Below are positions 29,066 to 42,290 of a DNA stretch of 64,000 nt, piece by piece. The stretch lies in contig OZ024740.1 of the NCBI GenBank assembly GCA_964016885.1, positions 107,260,001-107,324,000 of the forward strand, in the 5' to 3' direction. The stretch is from Eledone cirrhosa. Lineage: Eukaryota. The position numbers were made by a program, and so were the translations under genes. Every line of letters starts with the position of its first letter. The first letter of the stretch is position 1. The notes below the pieces were generated by a model, which saw nothing but the letters and a program-made list of their open reading frames with translations, ran no database searches and had not been told where the DNA came from.

Positions 29066-29361
29066 AGCATATAAACAATATGCCCCCCCCCCCCCCCCAC
29101 CGCAAGGTGCCACGGCAAAAAAGCACCCAGCCCACACTGTAAAGTGGACGTGTAGGCGCCACGAAAAAGCACCCAGCACTCACTGTAAATGAGGTTGGTG
29201 TTAGGAAGGGCATCCAGCTGTAGAAATCAAGCCAGATCAGTTCCTGTATGAGCAAGGCATGGTCAGCCGACCAGACACTGCCCACAACAGGACAACCCGT
29301 CTAACCCATGCTAGCATGGAAGAACGGACGTAAAACGGTGATGATGATGATGATGATGATG
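26585..29361 (+). mobile_element. 5'-truncated RTE-clade LINE with (GAT)n tail
   Basis: Starts in the APE C-terminus (TNFKK...ITY...QLDFIL); 3' UTR ends (GAT)n at 29339-29361. Confidence 0.95.
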
Positions 29362-29385
29362 AATGTATATATATATATATATATA

Positions 29386-29420
<35 letters not shown>

Positions 29421-29422
29421 GT

Positions 29423-32400
29423 ATCATCATCATCATCATCATCATCAACGTTTAACGTCCGTGTTCCACGCTTGCATGGGTTTGGACGGGGGTAGTCCCA
29501 CTTGAGGCAAGAGTGATTGTCTTGCTCGCATAGGACTGTCTGGCAGGTTTTCTACAGTTGGATGCCCTTCCTAACACCAACCACATTTACAGTGTGGGTC
29601 TGGGAGGTTTTTACCGTGTTGCCTTCACGGCCACATTACAGCGTGGACTGTGTGTTTTTTTGTCGTGACACCTACACGATCTCATTTGTTTCAGCCTGGA
29701 TGGCGCGGCACCAACATAACTTTACATAGAACGGGGTGGTGTGGATGGGGTGGGGGTGGTGGCGGGATGGGGTGTATTTTGTTAGAGATGCCTACTGGCA
29801 AGGCGGGTCTTCTCTGTTACTGAGTACCGCCAAAGGTCACGGTCCAGTGACATTGTCTTGGAGAGGTCTAAGTGTGTGAGGTCGGAGTTTATCAGCTCAT
29901 CCCATGTTTTTCTAGGTCTGCCTATTCCGTGGCTACCGTCTATCTTTATTGCCCTGCACTTTGTAATACAGCTATCGACTTTCATGCGCATCACGTGTCC
30001 ATACCAACGCAGCCTTCTCTCGAGTAAACAACATCTGATCCCTCTTATCTCTAATTTTTTCCTTAGTTCGTTTATGCTTTGCCGTTCACGTATATTACTG
30101 TTACACATCCAGCGGAGCATGCAAGCTTCGTTCCTCTCTAGTCTGCGTATATCCTCTGCACACAATGCCCAGGTCTCACTACCATGCAACATTGCTGTTC
30201 GTATGCAGGCATCGTACAACCTGCCTTTCATTTTTAGGGAGAACCCTTTAGCAGCTAATAGTGGTATAAGCTCTCTGAACTTTTTCCAACCAGTTCTGAC
30301 TCTAGCTACAGTACTTTCAGAGCACCCTCCCCCACTGCTGATTTTATCGCCCAGGTAACGGAAGCTGTCCACTATTTCTATAGAACCCTCTGCGCAATTG
30401 AAAGAGCTAGTATTTTGTGGGCACTTGCTGCTACTTATTGCACCAGAACACCGGCCACATGTAAAGTCTATGTTCTTAGTTAGCTTACCTGTGATCCCAC
30501 TACATCTTTTATGCACCCATACTTTGCATTTAGGACATAAGATGGAGTTTCTACCTACGCCTTTCCTACATACCGAGCACGACCATTTCCCAGAAGGGAC
30601 CGCCGCCTTGTTTTCTTTCCTACAAACTAGAACTTTGGTCTTAGCCAGGTTAATTTTAAGTCCTTTTGACTCTAGGCCGTGCTTCCATGTTTGGAATTTC
30701 TTCTCTAGCTCGGCCATTGATTCCGCTATGAGTGTCAGGTCGTCTGCGTATAGGAGTTCCCATGGGCAGCCTGTCTTGAACTCCTCTGTTATAGCCTGAA
30801 GGGCAATAATAAATAGTAGGGGGCTGAGAACAGAGCCCTGATGGACGCCAACTTTTACGCTAAACTCTTCACTATATTCGTTGTTAATTCTAACCTTGCT
30901 GACTGTTTCTTTATACATGGCTTGTATAGCCCTCACAAGCCATTCGTCAACGCCTAGTTTTCTAAGAGCCCACCAGATAATGGAGCGGGGGACTCTGTCG
31001 AAGGCTTTCTCCAGGTCGACAAAAGCTAAGTAGAGGGGTTTACCTTTAGCTAGGTACTTCTCCTGTAGTTGTCGTACTATGAAAAGAGCGTCTGTGGTGC
31101 TTTTGCCTGACACAAACCCGAACTGCATTTCATCTAGATCAATTCTCTCTCTGATTAGTTGCGCTATTACTTTTTCCGTGACCTTCATGACCTGGTCGAT
31201 TAATTTAATGCCTCTATAGTTACTCCTATCTAGGGCGTCTCCTTTACCCTTATAACAGTTAACGATGATGCTGCTATGCCAGTCCTTCGGAACAACCCCA
31301 TTCTGTACGACTTGGTTAACTATGCGGGTGACCATGGTGTGTCCCACCGTGCCAGATGCCTTCAGCATCTCAGCAACTATTTCCGAAGGCCCAGCCGCCT
31401 TACCAGTCTTCATATCCTTGATTGCCTTACTTATTATACTCCCCTCGACTAACACTGCTGGTCCCTCTATCGGGTCGATATGGGGGAGACTGTCTTTCTC
31501 CCATTTATTCTCCTCATTTAGTAGCCTTTCATAGTGACACTTCCAAGCTACCTTCTTATCAGTGTCGGTGATGGCAAGTATGCCATCATCGTTAAGTACA
31601 CACTTCTCCCCGACAATATCACGGTTTTCCTTGACGCATTGCCTGGCAATCCTGAACACCTCACGTTTTTGGTCATCACGTTGTAGAACATGCTTGAACT
31701 TTCTTTCCTCAGCTTCCCTTCTTGCTAAGTACACTTCTCTCCTAGCTTCCCTCCTGGCCACTTGATAGTCTACTCTACTTCCCCCATCCCGCCATACTTT
31801 CCAAGCCTGCTTTTTGGCCTTAATTGACCCCTCCACCCTATTGTTCCACCACCATGTTACTCTCCTCCTGCCTACAGGCCTGCTCCAGCCACAGACTTCG
31901 TCTGTCGCCAACAGCAGGTTTGCTTTCAGAAATTTCCACTGTCCCTCTATATTGTCCGATTCTAGATGCTCTTCCTTACTGTCGAAAGCATCAAGTAATA
32001 TGCTTTGAAATTTATTTCTGGCTGTGGGGTCCTTTAGTTTCCATATTTTCCTCCTGAGGATAGTCCTCTTCTGCTGTCGGGTACGTCTCGTCCTGACTAT
32101 GAGGTCGCTAATTATCAGTCTATGTTGGGAGGTGCATTCTTCATGGGGGAGGGATTTAGTGTCTACAACAGACACTCTGTCACGTCTTCTGGTAAGGATA
32201 TAATCTACCTGGCTTGTGTGTTCCCCGGATCTATAGGTAATCAGGTGATTGTCACGTTTTTTGAAGTTAGTGTTACAGATAGTTAGGTTATTTGCATCAC
32301 AGTATTCCAGAATTCTGGAGCCTTCCTCATTTCTAGTACCAAACCCATAGCCTCCATGGATTTCGTCGTAGCCGTCACAATGTTGTCCAACGTGACCATT

Positions 32401-33547
32401 TAGGTCGCCTGCAATAATTATATAGTCACTGTCAGATATTTGGGAGGTAGTTAGCAACAGTGTCTCATAGAATCTGTCTTTTATAGTGCCGGGCAGTCCG
32501 GATTGGGGTGCGTACGCAGATATTACTGTCACCGTAGTTCTATTGAGGACAAGTCTTATTTTAATTATTCTGTCGTTCACTCTATTTACGTCTATTATCT
32601 TATCTGCCCACTTTTCTGCTACCATGATTCCTACTCCACCCAGCCCATCGTCGTTTCCCACCCAGAAAAGCTTATAACATCGTTTTTTACCCTCAATGAA
32701 TCTAGCAGACCCACCCCTCCACCTGGTCTCTTGAATACAACAAACATCGACCTCCTTACGTTCAAGCATTTCTACAACCTCGTTAGCGCGACCCTTTAGG
32801 GTGCCTACATTTATGGTACCAACTCTGAAGTTTTGGGTTGCGTTTGGAGGGTGGGGGTGGTGGGGGGCGGGAGGAGATAGGGTTATGTTAGCCATCCGCG
32901 GACGAAACAAAGAGGAGTGCTCGCATTCTCGTCCACGAGGTGAATTTGACTCTAACTTTGGCATTTTCGCTCTGGGCGTCCAGATTTTTCTCTCCCTTCC
33001 ACTCTCCAGGATTCCGCAGTCCGTCCGTCCATCCATCCATCCATCATATATCGAAGGCAACCGGGCAAGCGATAGTATAGGCCTCTGGCTTATGATTTGG
33101 TCCGCGTAATAATAATAATGGTGATGCGTGGGGGTGGGGGTGGGGGGGTCTGGCTTATAATAATGGTGGTGATGCGGGGGGGGGGGGGCTCTGGCTTATG
33201 ATTGGTCCACGTATTAAGTATGGTGGAGTGTGGGGGCGGGAGGGAGAGGTGTGGGGTAGCTAGCTGGAAGGTTATGAATGTTTAACAAGCGATTTAACAA
33301 AAAGCAAAACTGCAAGATTTGTTCTGTTCAATACGACAAAAACACCGTATTTAAACCTTAAATAGATAACAAAAAAATACAGATTTCGGATTTTGCGAGA
33401 TTGGATGTTTGTTTGGACTATGTACGGAATTGAGCGTGGAAATGGAGAGAAGAATTTGTACTTTACGATTTACATGAGTCCATCATAGAAATAATTGAAG
33501 CAGCGGTGGATTGGCGAAAGTGAATAAACATGAAGGAGAACTTATCT

Positions 33548-33582
<35 letters not shown>

Positions 33583-33716
33583 AGCTAAGAGAGAGATAGA
33601 GGGGAAGAAAGAGAGGGGGGGGAAGGGGGAGAGATATTGTGGCTGACCGCAGCCCCTCGTGGAGTAGCAAGGAGGGTGAAGGGGTGGATCGGATTTTTGA
33701 CTTTCAAGTAGCATAC
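29423..33716 (-). mobile_element. Apparently full-length RTE-clade LINE (5' limit uncertain, 33300-33716)
   Basis: (CAT)n tail at 29423-29446, 3' UTR, single intact ORF, C-rich 5' UTR homologous to 58520-58700. Confidence 0.92.
29782..32964 (-). CDS. Intact RTE protein (~1060 aa): APE endonuclease, RT and internal PHD finger
   Basis: GTINVGTL, IQETRW, AYAPQ, GDLNGH, QVDYIL, SQHRL; RT YADD; C4HC3 at 30448-30579. Start set at MPKL by comparison with the paralog's MTMPKI (58520). Confidence 0.93.
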   Translation of the reverse strand: MPKLESNSPRGRECEHSSLFRPRMANITLSPPAPHHPHPPNATQNFRVGTINVGTLKGRANEVVEMLERKEVDVCCIQETRWRGGSARFIEGKKRCYKLFWVGNDDGLGGVGIMVAEKWADKIIDVNRVNDRIIKIRLVLNRTTVTVISAYAPQSGLPGTIKDRFYETLLLTTSQISDSDYIIIAGDLNGHVGQHCDGYDEIHGGYGFGTRNEEGSRILEYCDANNLTICNTNFKKRDNHLITYRSGEHTSQVDYILTRRRDRVSVVDTKSLPHEECTSQHRLIISDLIVRTRRTRQQKRTILRRKIWKLKDPTARNKFQSILLDAFDSKEEHLESDNIEGQWKFLKANLLLATDEVCGWSRPVGRRRVTWWWNNRVEGSIKAKKQAWKVWRDGGSRVDYQVARREARREVYLARREAEERKFKHVLQRDDQKREVFRIARQCVKENRDIVGEKCVLNDDGILAITDTDKKVAWKCHYERLLNEENKWEKDSLPHIDPIEGPAVLVEGSIISKAIKDMKTGKAAGPSEIVAEMLKASGTVGHTMVTRIVNQVVQNGVVPKDWHSSIIVNCYKGKGDALDRSNYRGIKLIDQVMKVTEKVIAQLIRERIDLDEMQFGFVSGKSTTDALFIVRQLQEKYLAKGKPLYLAFVDLEKAFDRVPRSIIWWALRKLGVDEWLVRAIQAMYKETVSKVRINNEYSEEFSVKVGVHQGSVLSPLLFIIALQAITEEFKTGCPWELLYADDLTLIAESMAELEKKFQTWKHGLESKGLKINLAKTKVLVCRKENKAAVPSGKWSCSVCRKGVGRNSILCPKCKVWVHKRCSGITGKLTKNIDFTCGRCSGAISSSKCPQNTSSFNCAEGSIEIVDSFRYLGDKISSGGGCSESTVARVRTGWKKFRELIPLLAAKGFSLKMKGRLYDACIRTAMLHGSETWALCAEDIRRLERNEACMLRWMCNSNIRERQSINELRKKLEIRGIRCCLLERRLRWYGHVMRMKVDSCITKCRAIKIDGSHGIGRPRKTWDELINSDLTHLDLSKTMSLDRDLWRYSVTEKTRLASRHL

Positions 33717-33767
33717 TATATATATTTAAAGTAATTTATAAGTAGAATGGGAAGGATTTTGTTTTTT

Positions 33768-34832
<1,065 letters not shown>

Positions 34833-35572
34833 ATACAATGTCATCTCTCACAACAAAAACAACCTGATCTATGAATCGAAATAAGGAACGACAAGCTATG
34901 ATTTATAACATGATTCACCAGGCACCCAATGTTGAATCATCGTGGATTGTGTGATGGACATGTAGTCTATAAATTGCGTTTCCTAGATTGTGTGAGTGAT
35001 GGTGGGTGCGAGGACAGTGGTGCTGTTTTGCTTCTATTTCGTAATATTTTTGATATTTTTGGTGTTTCTCTACAAACGGGCTTATATATCGTACAGGTGT
35101 GTGTGAAAAATGCTTTAACAATACAGCCCCTATGATGCTATTGATGGCCTGCTTTAACTGCTCGTTTTACATGTAACAATCTGCCGCACTATAATCCTGT
35201 ATAAATAAGACACGCGTGCATGCCACACGTGAGACTGTTTCATACACTGACTACTCTAAACTTTTCTCTTGCTTTATCTTCATAAACTGCCAATGTTTTA
35301 TTTTTATTTTTATTTTTATTTTAATTTTAACTTTAATTTTGTCCTTTAATATGACTGTAACCTTTGTATGTAAATTGCCATGCTCTATTATTATGATGGA
35401 TGTCAACCCACTGTGGGTCAATATATACATATGTTTTTATATGTCTCTTGTGTTGAAAAGGAAGTCAAGTATGTAAAAAATTACTAAATAGTTGCTCCGA
35501 AGAACCAAACCTCGGTTTGGAGGAAACAATTGTAAGCAAAAAAATGATTTAAACTGAACTTTGATTCATGTA

Positions 35573-35578
<6 letters not shown>
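34833..35578 (+). mobile_element. PLE-type remnant ending in an HHR
   Basis: Unique island between TA arrays with the HHR near its 3' end; no recognisable ORF. Confidence 0.5.
35492..35539 (+). ncRNA. Minimal type I hammerhead ribozyme (U4C variant)
   Basis: ttgct-CCGAAGA-a ccaaac ctcg gtttgg ag-GAAA-caattg-TA-agcaa. Confidence 0.7.
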
Positions 35579-35643
<65 letters not shown>

Positions 35644-35658
35644 GTATATATATATATA

Positions 35659-35689
<31 letters not shown>

Positions 35690-35706
35690 ATGTATATATA
35701 TATATA

Positions 35707-35743
<37 letters not shown>

Positions 35744-35767
35744 GTATATATATATATAATGTATATA

Positions 35768-35811
<44 letters not shown>

Positions 35812-35818
35812 GTATATA

Positions 35819-35868
<50 letters not shown>

Positions 35869-35939
35869 GTATATATATATATAATGTATATAATGTATAT
35901 ATATATATATAATGTATAAAAATCAATACAATATAATTA

Positions 35940-36009
35940 CCTCATTACCAGAGGTTTCCCGAATGAGGCGAATACGAAAGAAACGTCCTCATTCGTTCGT
36001 CAGACGAGG
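35940..36009 (-). ncRNA. Type I hammerhead ribozyme (PLE-3 3' end)
   Basis: Reverse complement of 37901-37970. Confidence 0.8.
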
Positions 36010-36547
36010 CAATATAAAACATGGGTAAATACTTGGAAAGTCTCATCAAGAAAAGCAAAAAAAAACAAAAAAGTTATAGACAAATGAATTAGAATATGAA
36101 ATATATAATAATCTTTCAAGAAATATAGTTAGGTGTGTGTATATGTATGTATATACGCTCACAGATGTGCATATATGTGTATGCACATATGTATACGTAT
36201 AGTGAAAAAGTGTGCGTAAATATATAATTTAGGGCAAATGTATCTGTATGTCTGTAATCTACAGACAGAATAGATACATCATAAGAATATGAAGGCACGC
36301 GCATAAACACACCTACACACACGTACACTTAGATGCGGAAGTAAAAGAGGTAAGGGAGTGTAATAATTAAAGGGAAGTATCAATCTCGATATATTTATAA
36401 AAATGGAACAATAATTTAGAAAGAAAAAAATTAAAGAAAAGAAGACAAAAAAGGTATATACATACACACACGTATATCTCACAAAAGAAACGCAAAAATA
36501 TACATGCTTATATACACACGCACACTTACACATCCATATGTTCGATA

Positions 36548-36596
<49 letters not shown>

Positions 36597-36713
36597 TTAC
36601 ACTCACGCATATTGACCTGTTTGCATGCACACGCATAAAAATGAGTAAGTAAAAAAATGGGGAGGAGAAAACCTAGATGTAAAAACACGGATATAAAGAC
36701 ACATACACATACG

Positions 36714-36768
<55 letters not shown>

Positions 36769-37180
36769 GCACGCGCGCGCACATACGTAGTCGCTCATGT
36801 ACATATATAGAAAGTATACACACATTAAGGCGTTTAGCCACATTGATACAGGGTGTAAAAAACTTGTGGATAAGTAAGTACAAATATAAAATTGTAAGAT
36901 TGGCTGCGCAAAAATAAAAAATAAAAATAAAAATAAAACATATATCTGGAGTGGAAAACACAAATGACCACAGTAATCTGTTAGTGAAGGAAATAGGGAA
37001 GTAAAAAATGGAAAGTGAAAATATTAGGTAAGTGAATCGGAGAATAAAGGGGGGGGGTTATTGGTGGATGTGATGTAAAAATAAAAAAATAAATATAAAA
37101 ATAAAAATAAATGAAATTAATGATAAGGATAAAAATGAAAGTGAATTAGAAAGGGTAATTAAAAAGAGAATAATAAGAGT

Positions 37181-37673
37181 TTATGGAGGATAAGTATCTG
37201 AAAGTGTGTTAAGTTTATATGAGCTGGAAAGCAGGTGTGATTTCATGTGTGGGCAACTGGTGAAAATTTCCGTCTTTGTGTTCAGGCAGGTTTTTGGTGA
37301 TTTTAGATTTTGCAATATCCAATATTTTTCATTTATGCAGAGCGTGCATTTTCTTGTTCCTCTAGCATATTCTTTAGATTGGTTCAAAATTGACCAATCT
37401 AATTTATATTGGATGCCTTGGTCTTTCAAATCCCAAATTCTGCTAGCCAGAGCTGTTGTAAATCTTTTTTCTGGTTGTCGAAAGGATGCGACATGTGAGC
37501 AATAACACGTTTTGAATTTGTCTTGCGTCATACCCACATATCGTTCACTGGTGGTTGGATGGTTGTTGCTGATGGTTGTCACTTTAGCCGCATATACAAT
37601 GGCTTTGGTGTTGCATTTACCTTGTAATGGGCATTCACTTTTGATTCTACAGGAGCAAGTTTGATTTTCTCTA
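37181..37673 (-). pseudogene. PLE GIY-YIG endonuclease fragment
   Basis: CSCRIKSECPLQGKCNTKAIVYAAKV...RYVGMT...H..SF...LASRIWDLK...CTLCINEK. Confidence 0.85.
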
Positions 37674-37900
37674 GGTGATATTTTTCACTATTTTTCTCTA
37701 GGTGATATTTTTCACTATACGTATACATATGTGCATACACATATATGCACATCTGTGAGCGTATATATATACATATACACACACCTAACTATATTTCTTG
37801 AAAGATTATTATATATTTCATATTCTAAGTCTATATCTTTTTTGTTTTTTTTTGCTTTTCTTGATGAGACTTTCCAAGTATTTACCCATGCTTTATATTG

Positions 37901-37970
37901 CCTCGTCTGACGAACGAATGAGGACGTTTCTTTCGTATTCGCCTCATTCGGGAAACCTCTGGTAATGAGG
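37901..37970 (+). ncRNA. Type I hammerhead ribozyme (PLE-3 inverted pLTR)
   Basis: cctcgt-CTGACGA-a cgaatgagg...cctcattcg g-GAAA-cc tct gg-TA-atgagg. Confidence 0.8.
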
Positions 37971-38074
37971 TAATTATATTGTATTGATTTTTATACATTA
38001 AATTTTGCTCTGATACTTACATAGAGCACTCTTCACTTCTATGACCTTTTCTGTTTTCAACGGAAATTTCAATA

Positions 38075-39084
<1,010 letters not shown>

Positions 39085-39692
39085 CACAAATTTAAATAAT
39101 TTTGAAAACCAGACAATGCACTAGAGAGAAAATTAAATCACTAAGATAACAAAAGAATACTTAAAAGATCGATCGGATAGACTTGCTTGTTTGGAGAGCT
39201 GATCTCAAAATTCTGATCCTCACAGAGGAGATGACAAAATAAAGTTATGAATGGGGGAAGGCTATGCTAGAAAGAACCCGCACAATCCGTGCCAGCTTGA
39301 AAAATGTGGCATATTATAATCATGATGGTATAAAAATACCCAGCTATGTGTATAAAAGTAAAAGTTACTCTTTATACTTAAATATCTAAATATGGAAAAC
39401 TTTAAAATTATTTTCCTCTATTTATAGCGCACGTGCATTAAACACTTTGAGACTCTCCTTTATATTACTAGACTATCTCTCTCAAACAGACTTTCAGTTA
39501 TCTATATAAACATCTATACATACTCAAGTGTAGCTCTTGTGTGTGTGTCTGAGAGAACACAAACAATCATACTAACACACATGTATACGTATTATCACCA
39601 TTATCTTCATTTAAGTCCATTTTCATTGACTTAATGTTAAGACCCACTTCCTGCTATTTCAAGCGTTAAACTAATATATTCCTTCCATATAC

Positions 39693-39878
39693 TTGTTTCT
39701 ACTTTTGGCACAAGGCCAGCAATTACCCAGTTCATTACTGGTACTTTATTTTATCGACCCCGGAAGGATGAAAGGCAAAGTTAACCTCGGCGGGATTTGA
39801 ACTCAGAATGGCAAGGACCGTAACTCTATGCATCAAAGCATGGCGTCCGACCCTCTACCGATACAGTCAATCCACCGT
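39693..39878 (-). mobile_element. SINE (family of 12457)
   Basis: GTACTTTATTTTATCGACCCC...GATGAAAGGCAAAGTTAACCTCGGCGGGATTTGAACTC. Confidence 0.85.
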
Positions 39879-40559
39879 TTGTCCTGTTATTTTTGTTTAC
39901 CTTTTACGCACATACGTGTGTGTGTGTGTGTATACACATAAATTAAAAGATATATGTATATAGAGAGACAATGGGCCATATATCGTTTGAGAAACACATA
40001 GTATTTTGTACATATATATAAAGCACATAATATTCAGGAAAAAGCACATATTTTAAGGCGGAAAATTCATTATTTTCCTTCCAGTGTCGTTTCAGAGTTC
40101 TGAAACCAGAGCGAAAATCGATCTAAGTAATCCATTATCGATTACTAGCTATCGATTTTGGTAAAAATACGGAAGACGCGAACTAATCGTCTTTAGATGT
40201 GCCAGACTGTATAAAATACCTTTATATCTGTCGGGATCTGAGATCTTGTTAAAACCCTACATTGTATGGTGTCAAAAAAAGTTTCAACTGTCAGGACAGA
40301 TACAAATAGGACTGGACGTCGTAACCGCTAGAAAGAGATACGAAGTACTAGTCACAGTTTAAGCAACTCAACAAATTTAGAATTTAGAGCAGCTATATAC
40401 TATGTTAAGGTATCAGAACATATATAATATGTATAATGATGATGTGTATCAATAAAAAAAAAAGCAACGGACCTTGGCCCAAAGCATCAATAATTCAAAT
40501 TAAAAGATATATGTATAGAGTACCATTATTTTGGGGACAAAAGTAAGGAGAGAATATTG

Positions 40560-41120
40560 CGGTGGTATTACCATATGATGTGTATGAAGGATGACAGCTG
40601 TATAAAAAGGTGCAAGGTGCTCAAAGTTGACGGAAGTTATGGAGTAGGAACACTTGGGATGAGGTAATAAAACCTGAGCTTGCACAATTCCACTTCTCAA
40701 AGGCGATAACACAGTATTGAGATTTTTGGCGTTAATCAGTAATACTGAAGACCCGCCTTCCCATATGTAGGGGGTTGAAACATACATCTAGTATGCACCA
40801 CTTTTATCTACCCCCTTCCATGCACCTCCCATGGCCCCCCACTCCATCCTGTAACGTGGTTGTTTGGGTGTCACGACAAAAAGCGTCCAGTCCACACTTT
40901 AAAACGGTCGTCTTGGTGACACGATAAAAAAGTGTTTAGTCTACACTGTAAAGTGGTCGTTTCGGTGCCACGATCAAAAGCATCCAGTCCACACTGTAAA
41001 TGTGGTTGGCGTTAGGAAGGGCCGGAGAAACCTAGCCACAAACCTGATCTCAAATGGAACAATTCGTCTGACTTATGGTAGCATGGAAAAATGGACATTA
41101 AACGATGATGATGATGATGA
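40560..41120 (+). mobile_element. Old RTE 3' fragment with three ~49 bp UTR repeats and (GAT)n tail
   Basis: ATGAAGGATGACAGCTGTATAAAAAGGTGCA matches 28862; repeats at 40868-41010. Confidence 0.8.
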
Positions 41121-41123
41121 TAT

Positions 41124-41282
41124 ATCATCATCATCATCATCATCATTTTACGTCCGCTTTTCCCTGCTTGCAAGGGTTACCCCCTGGGGATGCCAGCTAT
41201 TTTCCCGCCGCCCGAATACCGGCGATTCAGTTTGGATCTAGCTGTTCAAACGGCAGGAGCTCAGCCATCGGGGTCCCGAATT

Positions 41283-41285
<3 letters not shown>
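41124..41285 (-). mobile_element. Short retroposed GC-rich element with RTE/SINE-type (GAT)n tail
   Basis: Reverse strand ends ACCCTTGCAAGCAGGGAAAAGCGGACGTAAAATGATGATG, as at 21028-21084. Confidence 0.7.
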
Positions 41286-41319
<34 letters not shown>

Positions 41320-41321
<2 letters not shown>

Positions 41322-42290
41322 GATAAATCTACCAAGAGTTTACAGTAGTGTCCAATCCGTATGAAGAACTCAATGTATTCCGGATATCATGGAAAGAAGA
41401 AATGTAATGAAAAATCACTTTCGGTGAAAGATAAACGGTATACAGAGTCAAGATAAAATATTAAACAAATAATGAATAAACAATTCCTTATATTAAACAA
41501 AAAAAGTTCATTATTTAACGATCGTTTCTAGGATATATATGTGTTAGAGTTGGCATGCATATTCAACAGATCTATGTACAAAATTATACAAAATTATACA
41601 AACTATCAAGATTAAATATACATACCAACACATATATACGCCGTCTTCAGAAATAATGAAATATATTTATTGATAATAACAACAATTCAAACTTTCAGGT
41701 CCGTTTGGGAACAAAATTGACCAATGAAAATACAAAAGGTTTAATGCCGTTCGGTGTGTGTATATACATGTAATAACCCTTACACATATTTTACAAAAAT
41801 GTATGCACAACCTGTATACTCATACAAAAAGGATGGATGCAAATACAAAATTTCAAGGTTAATGTCTCTGTAAGTTTATAATGCACAGATAAGATGCGTA
41901 TAGATACATAAATATGAAATAAATGTATACACATATTTTCATACTAACACATATCCGTACAGTCACACATACACGCGCGTATATGCATAAACATACACAT
42001 AAACTACAAACATACAAACACACACACACCCCACCACTCACATATATATATGTGGATATAAAATCCTAAGCACATGGATATTAATTCACTCACATAAACA
42101 CTGGCACACACATTTAGATAAAGATACAGAAATTAGGTGGGAGGGGGGGGGGTCAGTATTCAACAGTTTGGGCTGCCTGCTTAATATAGATGTATCTATA
42201 AACTAAGAAAATAAAAAATAATAATAAATAATAAATAAACATTAAAAAGGAAAGAAAAGAAAAAGAAAAAAGAAATATATCAAGAAAATC
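41320..42290 (-). mobile_element. Non-coding PLE 3' end (may extend through the CA/TA-rich tract to ~45000)
   Basis: HHR at 41509-41658 followed by a TACATTGAGTTCTT tail motif and (TA)n. Confidence 0.6.
41509..41658 (-). ncRNA. Type I hammerhead ribozyme with ~115 nt stem-II insert
   Basis: Reverse strand cattattt-CTGAAGA-...atatatgtgtt...aacacatatat...-GAAA-cgatcg-TT-aaataatg. Confidence 0.78.

Larger units (their letters stand above)
35911..38076 (-). mobile_element. 5'-truncated PLE-3 (probably Hydra-type) with inverted pLTR
   Basis: GIY-YIG remnant and a long (CA/TA)-rich 3' UTR; 35911-36209 is inverted at 37707-37999. Confidence 0.88.

Noticed and set aside
27820-33109. Antisense ORFs over RTE/CR1/PLE coding regions
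   Set aside because: Shadow frames of transposon ORFs with no independent motifs.
33630-33716. Possible HDV-like ribozyme at the RTE 5' end
   Set aside because: Two hairpins are visible, but I could not assemble the nested double pseudoknot by eye.
40868-41010. CRISPR-like spaced repeats
   Set aside because: Eukaryotic LINE 3' UTR tandem units without unique spacers or cas genes.
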